Virus record (IMG/VR): IMGVR_UViG_3300047546_001881
Coordinates: 11,717 to 75,716 of that record
Origin: a virus
Reading direction: 5' to 3' (one strand)
Length of the DNA: 64,000 nucleotides
The notes beneath the pieces are model-generated. The model had not been told where the DNA came from. It worked only from the letters and a program-made list of their open reading frames with translations, and did no database searches. Below are positions 8,045 through 15,513 of the stretch, piece by piece. Made by a program: the position numbers and the translations under genes. How positions within the stretch are numbered: position 1 is the stretch's first letter; each line of letters begins with the position of its first letter.

Positions 8045-9256
8045 ATGAATCCCCTAGGTAGTTTTAAAATTCTAAACAACAATATTAAGATTCAGATATC
8101 TCATAAAGATCTATTTGCAATTCAACATCTAGTTAGTATAGCTCCTCAAGAAGCTCAATGGTTCCATAGACTAGAGACAATTAAGACTAAAAGCGAAACT
8201 ATTTTTCGCATTTACGATATCTACATTCCAGAACAGTATTGCTCAGTCACAGAAGTTGAGTCTACTAGTTCTATGATGATTAACTTTTACAGAGAACTGA
8301 TTTCAAATAACTCTGTAGAAGCTACAAATGCGATTCTATCTTCACTGAATGTATGGTGTCATAGTCACCATACCATGTCTCCAAGTCCAAGCGGGCAGGA
8401 CAACAATCAGTTTCTACAGCTAATTAAGTATGCAGTAGACTCTAACAATGTTGTTCCTCAAATTATGCTAATCTTTAATAAGAGCAATCAGTATTACTCA
8501 CGAATCTTTGATCCTCAAAATGGACTAGTATACGAAAATGTTCCTATATGTGTAGAGACTGAAGATCTGAGTTGGATTGATAAAGCTGCTGCTGCAAAGT
8601 TTAAGAAGCCAGCTCCAAAGAATATCTTTTCTCAAGATACTACTTCAGGAAAATTGAATTTCCCGCAAAATGCTTCTATTGAAAGAACATTCATTGGAAT
8701 TGAAAAGCAAGTTCCTGATCTGTCTTTTAAAGAGACTTCTAGGTCTTCTAAAAAAAAAGATCACAGCAAGCAAATTACAAGCCCTTCAGCGTTAACGTCT
8801 AAAGCAATTAATAAGCTATTTCTAGACTATTGGAAAGTCCATTCTTCAGATGAAGAAAACATCGCTATTCTAATGAAGAAAATCTTCTCTACAAATTCTT
8901 CTTGCCAGAAAGAAGCTGGTGAACTTGAAGATATTATTATTAAGAGAGTTGGCAGTGATAATAAATATTGCGCTCTTCTTAACTTGATTCAAGTTCAAGA
9001 TGACGATGAAGATTTGAGAGAATGGGAGAAGTTTCAGTTTGATTACGATCAAGCCGAAGTTCTTATGAATTCAGAAAGATTCTATGAAATTCTTACCGCT
9101 GGTTGTATCGACGACATCCTCCTTACTCATACAATCTTTCTAGTCAATTGCTTGTATGGCTCTATGTATACAACAGAAGAAGAAAGAGAAAAGCTAATTG
9201 ATTGGTGGCTCACAGAAACTGGAACTTGTAACTATAAGTTCGGTGAGCATTTCTAA
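8045..9256 (+). CDS. JAB/MPN+ (JAMM) metalloprotease with a C-terminal helical extension
   Basis: N-terminal Glu (QEAQWF) and HSH-x7-S-x2-D (HSHHTMSPSPSGQD, 8360-8401); start moved to ATG 8045 downstream of the hairpin. Confidence 0.88.
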   Translation: MNPLGSFKILNNNIKIQISHKDLFAIQHLVSIAPQEAQWFHRLETIKTKSETIFRIYDIYIPEQYCSVTEVESTSSMMINFYRELISNNSVEATNAILSSLNVWCHSHHTMSPSPSGQDNNQFLQLIKYAVDSNNVVPQIMLIFNKSNQYYSRIFDPQNGLVYENVPICVETEDLSWIDKAAAAKFKKPAPKNIFSQDTTSGKLNFPQNASIERTFIGIEKQVPDLSFKETSRSSKKKDHSKQITSPSALTSKAINKLFLDYWKVHSSDEENIAILMKKIFSTNSSCQKEAGELEDIIIKRVGSDNKYCALLNLIQVQDDDEDLREWEKFQFDYDQAEVLMNSERFYEILTAGCIDDILLTHTIFLVNCLYGSMYTTEEEREKLIDWWLTETGTCNYKFGEHF

Positions 9257-9261
9257 TCTTT

Positions 9262-9296
9262 AACCATAGCGCCTTTCGGCGCTTTGGTTGTTTGGT
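9262..9296 (+). promoter_or_regulatory. TTTC-loop hairpin upstream of the E1 gene
   Basis: AACCA-T-AGCGCC-TTTC-GGCGCT-T-TGGTT followed by GTTTGG. Confidence 0.5.
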
Positions 9297-9324
9297 TCTT
9301 TGTTAGTAAACAATAGAGGTCAAC

Positions 9325-10014
9325 ATGACTGAAGTATCTTTCTTGAGGCATGCAGGATTCTTCAGTCCTGAAGATGCTGAAACTCTAAATATTATTGGTG
9401 TTGGTGCCACAGGCTCAAACATCGGTTTGATTGCTGCAAAAATGGGGTTCCACTCATTCAAAGTCTGGGATGCAGACATAGTTGAGAACCATAATTTGCC
9501 AAATCAAATTTACGATGTTGAGCATGTTGGGATGCGAAAAGTTGATGCATTTAAAGCAGTGCTTCAACGATTCAATCCCAATATTAAAGTAGAAACTCAC
9601 CCATACTTCTTTGAAGCATCTCATAAATCTCTACTAGATGATGGTCCTCTTGTATTGACTGTAGATACAATGAGTGCTCGTAAAGACATTCATTCTGCAT
9701 TCCATATGAATTATCTAGTAAACAAAGTTTATGAGACCCGACTTGGCTTTGATTATGGCGAGCTAAACATCATTGATAATATGAATATCGTCCAATCAAG
9801 CAAGTGGGTAGACTGCTTAAGAAGTGACAGTGAGCTTCCAGAAGGCCCCTGTAATCTTCGAATTTGTACTACGCTAGTAGGTCTTGTAGCTTCTTATACC
9901 GTTCATACAATCTGCGCTTTTCTTTCTACAAAGCGCTCCCAAGTTGATTGTTCAGGCATAAAACCAAAAACAATTTTCAACTTTGGTCCTCAAATTTACA
10001 CTCATTCACTATAG
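9325..10014 (+). CDS. ThiF/MoeB/E1-like ubiquitin-like-protein activating enzyme
   Basis: IIGVGATGS (GxGxxG), WDADIVENHNLPNQ, KVDA, TVD; candidate catalytic Cys in EGPCNLRIC; SD GAGG. Confidence 0.92.
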   Translation: MTEVSFLRHAGFFSPEDAETLNIIGVGATGSNIGLIAAKMGFHSFKVWDADIVENHNLPNQIYDVEHVGMRKVDAFKAVLQRFNPNIKVETHPYFFEASHKSLLDDGPLVLTVDTMSARKDIHSAFHMNYLVNKVYETRLGFDYGELNIIDNMNIVQSSKWVDCLRSDSELPEGPCNLRICTTLVGLVASYTVHTICAFLSTKRSQVDCSGIKPKTIFNFGPQIYTHSL

Positions 10015-10024
10015 GAAAACTATC

Positions 10025-10240
10025 ATGCGTGATATCGTACTCGTTCGCGTTCCAGGTCCAGGCGCTTCAACCGTTCAGGTTACCGACACTATGACTGTTG
10101 CTGAGTTCGCAGCTCGCGAAGCTCTTAACGGTCGTAACATTGTTCTCGACGGTACTGGTCTTGAGCCACAGGCTTGGTCCAGCACCACTCTTGCTGGTGT
10201 TCGCGAACTATTCGCAACTGGCAGCGTTAAGGGTAACTGA
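10025..10240 (+). CDS. Ubiquitin-like (beta-grasp) protein, 71 aa, C-terminus ...GSVKGN
   Basis: beta-beta-alpha pattern (IVLVRV / TVQV / MTVAEFAARE), final strand ELFATG, penultimate Gly; SD AGGA before ATG 10025; directly after E1. Confidence 0.8.
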   Translation: MRDIVLVRVPGPGASTVQVTDTMTVAEFAAREALNGRNIVLDGTGLEPQAWSSTTLAGVRELFATGSVKGN

Positions 10241-10267
10241 ACCCTTTAGCTCTTTTACATTGCTAAC

Positions 10268-10308
10268 AATGCTCGTCCTACTTACCAAAGTAGGGCGAGC
10301 ATTTTTTT
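10268..10308 (+). terminator. Rho-independent terminator closing the E1-Ubl unit
   Basis: AATGCTCGTCCTACTT-ACCA-AAGTAGGGCGAGCATT then a T-tract. Confidence 0.85.
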
Positions 10309-10329
10309 CCTTTCAACAAAAGTTTATAC

Positions 10330-10716
10330 ATGGTTGTACAAGTTATTGGTCTTCCATGTTCTGGAAAAACAACTGCAATAAAAACGTTTCTTGAAATGAA
10401 TCCTAGTATCAAACATATAGATATTAGAGATTACAAGAACGAAAACGAATTTAAAAAAGCTGTTACCAGTTTCGTGGATAAAAAAGTTGAAATTGTAGCC
10501 GAGAGTGCTTCTGGCTTCTATATAGAGAAAACAAAAGTTATCAAATTAGAAATCCCTAAGATGGAACTCTATAGTAGATCCTTAGTTAGAGATAAAACAT
10601 TTGATGCAGACTACCTTTCTTTATTAGAAACTGTTATGCTTAGAACAAAATATACAGTGAGTACTAAAGATGGGCTCATAGCTCTATTATCTAAAATGTT
10701 TGAGGCAAAACAATGA
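10330..10716 (+). CDS. Small P-loop kinase-like protein
   Basis: VIGLPCSGKTT Walker A at the N-terminus. Confidence 0.65.
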   Translation: MVVQVIGLPCSGKTTAIKTFLEMNPSIKHIDIRDYKNENEFKKAVTSFVDKKVEIVAESASGFYIEKTKVIKLEIPKMELYSRSLVRDKTFDADYLSLLETVMLRTKYTVSTKDGLIALLSKMFEAKQ

Positions 10717-11591
10717 GAACTTTAAGAATCTTTGATTTAACTGAAGATGATATAGTCGCAAGTGCTTCTGAACACCCAACGTACTTTCCATCAGTACCAG
10801 ACGATTTAGCAATAAATTCGTTTCTTATAGTAAGTGATTCAGATAAATCAAAAAAGATTTTGTGTAAAGTTGTCAGGCCAAAAACTATTATAAAGATAGT
10901 AACATCTCCAAATACTAACTACTTTGGTATTGCATCCAAAGATGCAAACCAAGCAGCGTTTCTAAACTGTCTTGCAGATCCAAAAGTAAAAGTATCCGTA
11001 TGTATAGGTGAAGCAGGAACAGGTAAAACTACTCTTGCTTTAGCTTATGCATTGCAGATGCTTTCAGAAAAGAAGATGAATGTATGCTTGTCTAAGCCTA
11101 CTACTTTAGTAGGAAGCAATAATACATTTGGTCCTATACCCGGAGATGTTAACGAAAAGTATGCTCCACATACTCAGTCTTATGAAATTATTCTTAAGAA
11201 GTTAACTGGTGCAAGAAAGTCTTATTTAGAAATGTTAAAAAGCAATGAGTTAATAAAGTTCGAACCCATTGAATATGTTCGCGGCAACACTTATGAGAAT
11301 ACAGTATTCATCTTAGATGAAGCTCAAAACTTATCTTGGCACGAACTTAAAACTGTCGTATCTAGAATAGCAGAAGACAGTAAGATGATTGTTCTTGGAG
11401 ATCCAGCTCAGATAGATACTGGAGAAACTTTTACTTCTACAGGTTTATTTAAGATGTTAAACTCCAAAGCATTTGGTAACTCTGAAATAACTTCTGCTAT
11501 TGAACTTAATCGTCAATACAGAGGACCCTTACCTACTCTTATTTCAGAGATAGATAAAGAGATAGTAAAATGCACAAACAAGAAGCAGTAG
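10713..11591 (+). CDS. phoH: PhoH-family ATPase
   Basis: GEAGTGKT, PGDVNEK, RGNTY, ILDEAQN, GDPAQID. Confidence 0.92.
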   Translation: MRTLRIFDLTEDDIVASASEHPTYFPSVPDDLAINSFLIVSDSDKSKKILCKVVRPKTIIKIVTSPNTNYFGIASKDANQAAFLNCLADPKVKVSVCIGEAGTGKTTLALAYALQMLSEKKMNVCLSKPTTLVGSNNTFGPIPGDVNEKYAPHTQSYEIILKKLTGARKSYLEMLKSNELIKFEPIEYVRGNTYENTVFILDEAQNLSWHELKTVVSRIAEDSKMIVLGDPAQIDTGETFTSTGLFKMLNSKAFGNSEITSAIELNRQYRGPLPTLISEIDKEIVKCTNKKQ

Positions 11592-11818
11592 ATGAAGTAT
11601 TAAAACTACTTTCATCTTTTAGTATTAAAGATAAAGTAGAAGTCTTAGCAAATGTATTTATAGTTCTAGGTGTTCCTGGTATTAAGACAACTGATGAAAT
11701 AACTAGATCTAACATTATAGATATAGTTTTGCGCGATATAGAGAAAAATGGACAGACTCTTACTAATGCATTAGTGAGACAAGGTCTATTGATACTTACT
11801 TGGTTAAAAGAGGATTAA
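11570..11818 (+). CDS. Hypothetical protein
   Basis: ORF in an operon, overlaps its neighbour. Confidence 0.6.
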   Translation: MHKQEAVDEVLKLLSSFSIKDKVEVLANVFIVLGVPGIKTTDEITRSNIIDIVLRDIEKNGQTLTNALVRQGLLILTWLKED

Positions 11819-11821
11819 AAT

Positions 11822-12298
11822 ATGAGAAAGTTTCCTGGTACTTACCCTGTTTATAAAAAGAATGGTGCAGCTCAATTCACAGTAATTCCTCCTAAAGTAG
11901 ATGCTGGTGGTCGAATTACTAAGAACGGAGCCATTCTTCTAGAAGTTGCCTCTGCTGTTGGAGATAAAGCTTACGACTGGAAAGCAAAGATTAGCTTTGC
12001 TATTGGTGTAAATGATATTGCGCTTTGGTTCAATGATCCAAATGCTCAAGTTAAACTAATTCACAAGACTCCTGAGTCTTCACTAATGAAGACTTTAGAA
12101 GTCATTCCTGGAGAAGGTCAGTACTCTGGTACTTATCAGTTAAAGCTTACTGAAAAAGATTCTTCCAACAATGCATTCCGTAGTATCTTTGTCCCCGTTA
12201 CCAACGGAGAATATACAATACTACTGCGCTTGTTCATGCATGCAATGCCATTGCTAATCGGCTGGGATAATGAATCCCAGCTTGATCACAGTGCATAA
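11822..12298 (+). CDS. Whirly-family ssDNA-binding protein
   Basis: VYKKNGAA...GAILLEVASAVGDKAYDWKAKISFAIGVNDI...IFVPVTNGEYTIL...MPLLIGW is collinear with the plant Whirly domain (IYKGKAAL...QYDWxxKQxFxLSVxEI...IPVTKAEF...PYLLGW). Confidence 0.8.
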   Translation: MRKFPGTYPVYKKNGAAQFTVIPPKVDAGGRITKNGAILLEVASAVGDKAYDWKAKISFAIGVNDIALWFNDPNAQVKLIHKTPESSLMKTLEVIPGEGQYSGTYQLKLTEKDSSNNAFRSIFVPVTNGEYTILLRLFMHAMPLLIGWDNESQLDHSA

Positions 12299-12597
12299 TG
12301 GAAACAGGAGACAAGTTCTCTTGGCAAGTTAAGACTAACCAAGAAGAACTGCACTTAAGCTCGAGCACACTGTTAGATCTACTATTCTCTAAAGTAAATA
12401 AAGTAGAAAGAGAAGACTTTGCAGTCTTGATAGAAGAGTTTTGTAACTTTCTAAACGCTTCTAAAAGACTTACGTCAATGAATATTATGCAAGTAGCTAC
12501 ACTAGCATTTAGTGTGGGTTACTTCTATAGATTGTTTCTAGAAAAGAATAAAGTCGAATTTGGAAATAGCAAAGTACTAAATAAGGAAGAAAAATGA
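12298..12597 (+). CDS. Hypothetical protein
   Basis: TAATG-coupled ORF. Confidence 0.65.
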   Translation: METGDKFSWQVKTNQEELHLSSSTLLDLLFSKVNKVEREDFAVLIEEFCNFLNASKRLTSMNIMQVATLAFSVGYFYRLFLEKNKVEFGNSKVLNKEEK

Positions 12598-12779
12598 ATT
12601 TTCTAGTAAGTTTATTCGCTAGTAGATTTGTCAAAATGATTGCTCAAGAAATCGTAAAAGCTATGGTCGTGGTAGCTGCTAGAGTTACTTTTCTAGCACT
12701 TAATGATCATAGATACAATCAGAAAAAAATAGAGAACAAATATAGGATTAAAGATGTTCAACTACTCGGTCAAAATTAA
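12594..12779 (+). CDS. Small hypothetical protein
   Basis: ATGA overlap, SD AAGGA. Confidence 0.5.
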   Translation: MNFLVSLFASRFVKMIAQEIVKAMVVVAARVTFLALNDHRYNQKKIENKYRIKDVQLLGQN

Positions 12780-13158
12780 GGAAATTCCTAACCCTAAAGG
12801 CAAAATTGTTGCTTTTGCATCTCTCGTAATTGAAGATGTATTTGAAGTTGATGGTTTCAAGATTATCAACGGTGCTAAAGGTTACTTTGTCTCTCATCCC
12901 CAGCATAAGGGTAAAGACAAAGATGGAAATGATACTTACTTTGATGATGTTCGCTTTAGCGGCGATACTGCAGATGCTATAAAAGAAGAAATTCATCGCG
13001 CAATTATCCAGCAGTACAACCGCTCTGGAGGCAACCAGATGCAAAGCAGAGCTCAGACAGCTCAGAGTGCGAACAAGGCAATTCAGCCTACTCAGAACTC
13101 AAGACAACAGCCCACACAGGCTCCATCAGCCCAGCAGGGTAGACAGCCTCTCTGGTAA
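12754..13158 (+). CDS. SpoVG-like nucleic-acid-binding protein with a Q-rich tail
   Basis: AFASLVIEDVFEVDGFKIINGAKGYFVSHP...YFD matches the SpoVG pattern. Confidence 0.85.
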   Translation: MFNYSVKIKEIPNPKGKIVAFASLVIEDVFEVDGFKIINGAKGYFVSHPQHKGKDKDGNDTYFDDVRFSGDTADAIKEEIHRAIIQQYNRSGGNQMQSRAQTAQSANKAIQPTQNSRQQPTQAPSAQQGRQPLW

Positions 13159-13172
13159 TTTAACTTACCACT

Positions 13173-13204
13173 GGTCCCCTCCTTGTAATGAGGAGGGGAC
13201 CTTT
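13173..13204 (+). terminator. Terminator-like hairpin after the spoVG-like gene
   Basis: GGTCCCCTCCTT-GTAAT-GAGGAGGGGACC-TTT. Confidence 0.75.
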
Positions 13205-13226
13205 GCGTCTTACAATAGGTTACTTA

Positions 13227-13796
13227 ATGGAAACTGATAACCAGACTGAAGAAGAAGTAAATAATATTACCGATGTAATAACTTCGGATGATATCAGTAA
13301 AGCTATTGTAGAAGGTGCAGAAATCTACTCTCAGATTACTGAAACTTTTATTAAAGAGTTTGTATTTTATGACAAGACTCTTTATGAATGGGCAACAGAT
13401 CTAATGGTAGAGATACCTAACAAAAACAATCTAGATGGTAATTCATTTAGAGGATGCTTAATAGAGCTTGCAAATAATATTCAGATTGCAAGTAATTATT
13501 ATAGCGTTGCTTCTTCAATGGCAGATGGTATTGCTGGCGGCAACTCCATCAAAAAATCAGATGTAATGTCTGCAATAGTTAACAATTATTCTAAGAGAGG
13601 GGCAAGGAGACCCGCTGGAGCAGTCATTGAAAAAATGGCTGAGTCTTATATGTCTTCTACTGTTTCAGCAAGTGTTGCTGCTAAAATTGTAAAGAACTTT
13701 TGGCGGCAAAGACTTGATACTTTGATTGATATTAGAAAAGTACTAGAACAAGTAGGCATGTCTCTTAATGTAGAAACGAAATGGACAAACCAGTAG
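13227..13796 (+). CDS. Hypothetical helical protein
   Basis: Start moved to ATG 13227 because the longer ORF overlaps the terminator. Confidence 0.7.
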   Translation: METDNQTEEEVNNITDVITSDDISKAIVEGAEIYSQITETFIKEFVFYDKTLYEWATDLMVEIPNKNNLDGNSFRGCLIELANNIQIASNYYSVASSMADGIAGGNSIKKSDVMSAIVNNYSKRGARRPAGAVIEKMAESYMSSTVSASVAAKIVKNFWRQRLDTLIDIRKVLEQVGMSLNVETKWTNQ

Positions 13797-14053
13797 AGGT
13801 CAAAATGTCTAAAATTAGAAAAGATTGTATATATCAAATCTCTACTTTGCATATACCAAAGTCATTTTGGGACTTTGGTAAGTATATCTTTATGAAGTAC
13901 TTGACCGGTTACTACGTTTATGTAGATGCCCCATCTTCTAAAGATCCAGAATGGCTTAAGCCAATTATGGAAGATGCTTACAATGCTAACTGCACCTTCA
14001 TTGATTTTAGTGAAGATGCTCCTCTTCTTAATAAATACGAGGTATATGAATAA
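13781..14053 (+). CDS. Small phage protein, DUF5983-like
   Basis: ISTLHI...PEWL...ANCTFIDFSEDAP pattern. Confidence 0.5.
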   Translation: MDKPVEVKMSKIRKDCIYQISTLHIPKSFWDFGKYIFMKYLTGYYVYVDAPSSKDPEWLKPIMEDAYNANCTFIDFSEDAPLLNKYEVYE

Positions 14054-14358
14054 TGCTTAACCAAGCATCTGTCGCAGTTAGAGTTTTGGAAGATGGTGAA
14101 ACCTGGACAACTGGCGACGTAAAAGTTGCCTTCTTAACTCAAGAGCAGTTTAAGTTTCTCTGTGAAGATTCTTCTATTTCAGATGTGGTTAGTTCATTTA
14201 ATGTTCCAATGACTAATTTAGAACTTGCTTTTGCTAACTTAATTGCAGAGATTCTTTCTAATCCAGAAAACAGTTCTCTTGCTAGATCTTTATCTATTTC
14301 AGAAGAAGAAATAGACGATCTATACGACAAAGCAATGTTTCTAGTTCGGAAATATTAA
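14053..14358 (+). CDS. Hypothetical protein
   Basis: TAATG-coupled ORF. Confidence 0.6.
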   Translation: MLNQASVAVRVLEDGETWTTGDVKVAFLTQEQFKFLCEDSSISDVVSSFNVPMTNLELAFANLIAEILSNPENSSLARSLSISEEEIDDLYDKAMFLVRKY

Positions 14359-14823
14359 GTGAATCAAAAGCATTTAGAAGTACGAATTAATCAACTAGTA
14401 TCTTTAGCTAAAGCTTCTACTTGTCCTAGAGGCAAAGTCGCTGCAATGCTAATAGATCCTACAAGGAATACTATTATAGCAGATGGTTATAATGGCCCTC
14501 CTAGAGGGCCAGATCCTCTGTGTGGCGGTCTTGTTTGTGATAGAAATATCCAGCAAGTCTCCTCTGGCACCAAAATAGAAGTTGGCTGTCACCATGCAGA
14601 GATGAATGTTATTTGTAATGCCGCTGCTAACGGTACCTCAACTAGAGGTACCGTTATGCTGACAAACGTTGTTCCATGTTTGATGTGCGCCAAGCTAATA
14701 CATCATTCAGGAATAGTTAAAGTTATTACTATAGCTAATAGTTACCCTGGAGGAAATGCAGGAATTGTTTACTTAAATAAAGTAAATATACCTGTTGAAC
14801 AAATATCTTTGGAGAAAACATGA
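14359..14823 (+). CDS. dCMP deaminase (ComEB-like)
   Basis: STCPR, GYNGPPRG, HAEMN, PCLMCAK; GTG start. Confidence 0.92.
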   Translation: MNQKHLEVRINQLVSLAKASTCPRGKVAAMLIDPTRNTIIADGYNGPPRGPDPLCGGLVCDRNIQQVSSGTKIEVGCHHAEMNVICNAAANGTSTRGTVMLTNVVPCLMCAKLIHHSGIVKVITIANSYPGGNAGIVYLNKVNIPVEQISLEKT

Positions 14824-15068
14824 TTGATGGCTTAGTTCTTGGCAGCATCACATGGTTAAGTTATGTATTCAGCTTTATGCACTTTCCATTAATACTAAAG
14901 CGTTTCTTACTTAAGAACTTTTTCTTGACTGATATTCTATCTGTTACTTTTACTTATATGCTTTTGAGTTCAGTCTCACAAAGTTTAGGCTCCGTAATTG
15001 GATCTATCTTCTGTGGACTGCTAGTTGATATCTCCTTGATGATTAAAAACGCATGGGATAAATCATGA
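14820..15068 (+). CDS. Small multi-TM membrane protein
   Basis: Three hydrophobic segments; SD GGAG. Confidence 0.65.
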   Translation: MIDGLVLGSITWLSYVFSFMHFPLILKRFLLKNFFLTDILSVTFTYMLLSSVSQSLGSVIGSIFCGLLVDISLMIKNAWDKS

Positions 15069-15319
15069 ACTCTTATAATAAAATGTTCTTTCAACTTTTT
15101 AGAAGAGAGATTGAAGATAATATCAAAAACATTACAGATGAAGAACTAGCAGCAATTCTTATTGCTCTAGAAGATCCTGAATCAGAAGTATGTTCAAGAG
15201 ATATTATGTCTATGCTTATTGGTGTTCCAACTGATGATCTAAGTCAGGTAGTTAAGGAAATATATGAAGAGTCGCAGGTTGACTGGCAGCTTCCGAAGAT
15301 CGCACCTTCAGAAGAATAA
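15065..15319 (+). CDS. Acidic hypothetical protein
   Basis: ATGA overlap. Confidence 0.6.
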   Translation: MNSYNKMFFQLFRREIEDNIKNITDEELAAILIALEDPESEVCSRDIMSMLIGVPTDDLSQVVKEIYEESQVDWQLPKIAPSEE

Positions 15320-15341
15320 GTTACATTATTTTTTATAAATG

Positions 15342-15370
15342 TTGACTTATCTTAAAAAAGGTATTATAAG
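15342..15370 (+). promoter_or_regulatory. Sigma70-like promoter candidate (TTGACT-17-TATAAG)
   Basis: Near-consensus hexamers with a 17-nt spacer and AT-rich upstream DNA in a ~190-nt intergenic gap. Confidence 0.45.
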
Positions 15371-15399
15371 TTTACTTACATATTTTATAGTTTTTGCAG

Positions 15400-15437
15400 G
15401 AATAGTATGGACCTTAGTGTCCATACTATTCTTTTTA
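15400..15437 (+). terminator. Terminator-like hairpin upstream of the RNR gene
   Basis: GAATAGTATGGAC-CTTAGT-GTCCATACTATTC-TTTTT. Confidence 0.75.
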
Positions 15438-15513
15438 CTGCCGGTTGTAACTGTATATATTCTATGTAAGCTTATTGATCCAAAGTATAAAATCATTGCA
15501 AATGAAGGATAAT

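Noticed and set aside
8750-8758. A9 run in the JAB gene as a programmed frameshift site
   Set aside because: Encodes KKK in a Lys-rich linker of an AT-rich genome; the ORF continues in frame and I saw no stimulatory structure
9325-10240. ThiF/ThiS or MoeB/MoaD cofactor-biosynthesis pair
   Set aside because: No thiG, moaE or cysteine desulfurase nearby; an E2-like neighbour is present. Not formally excluded
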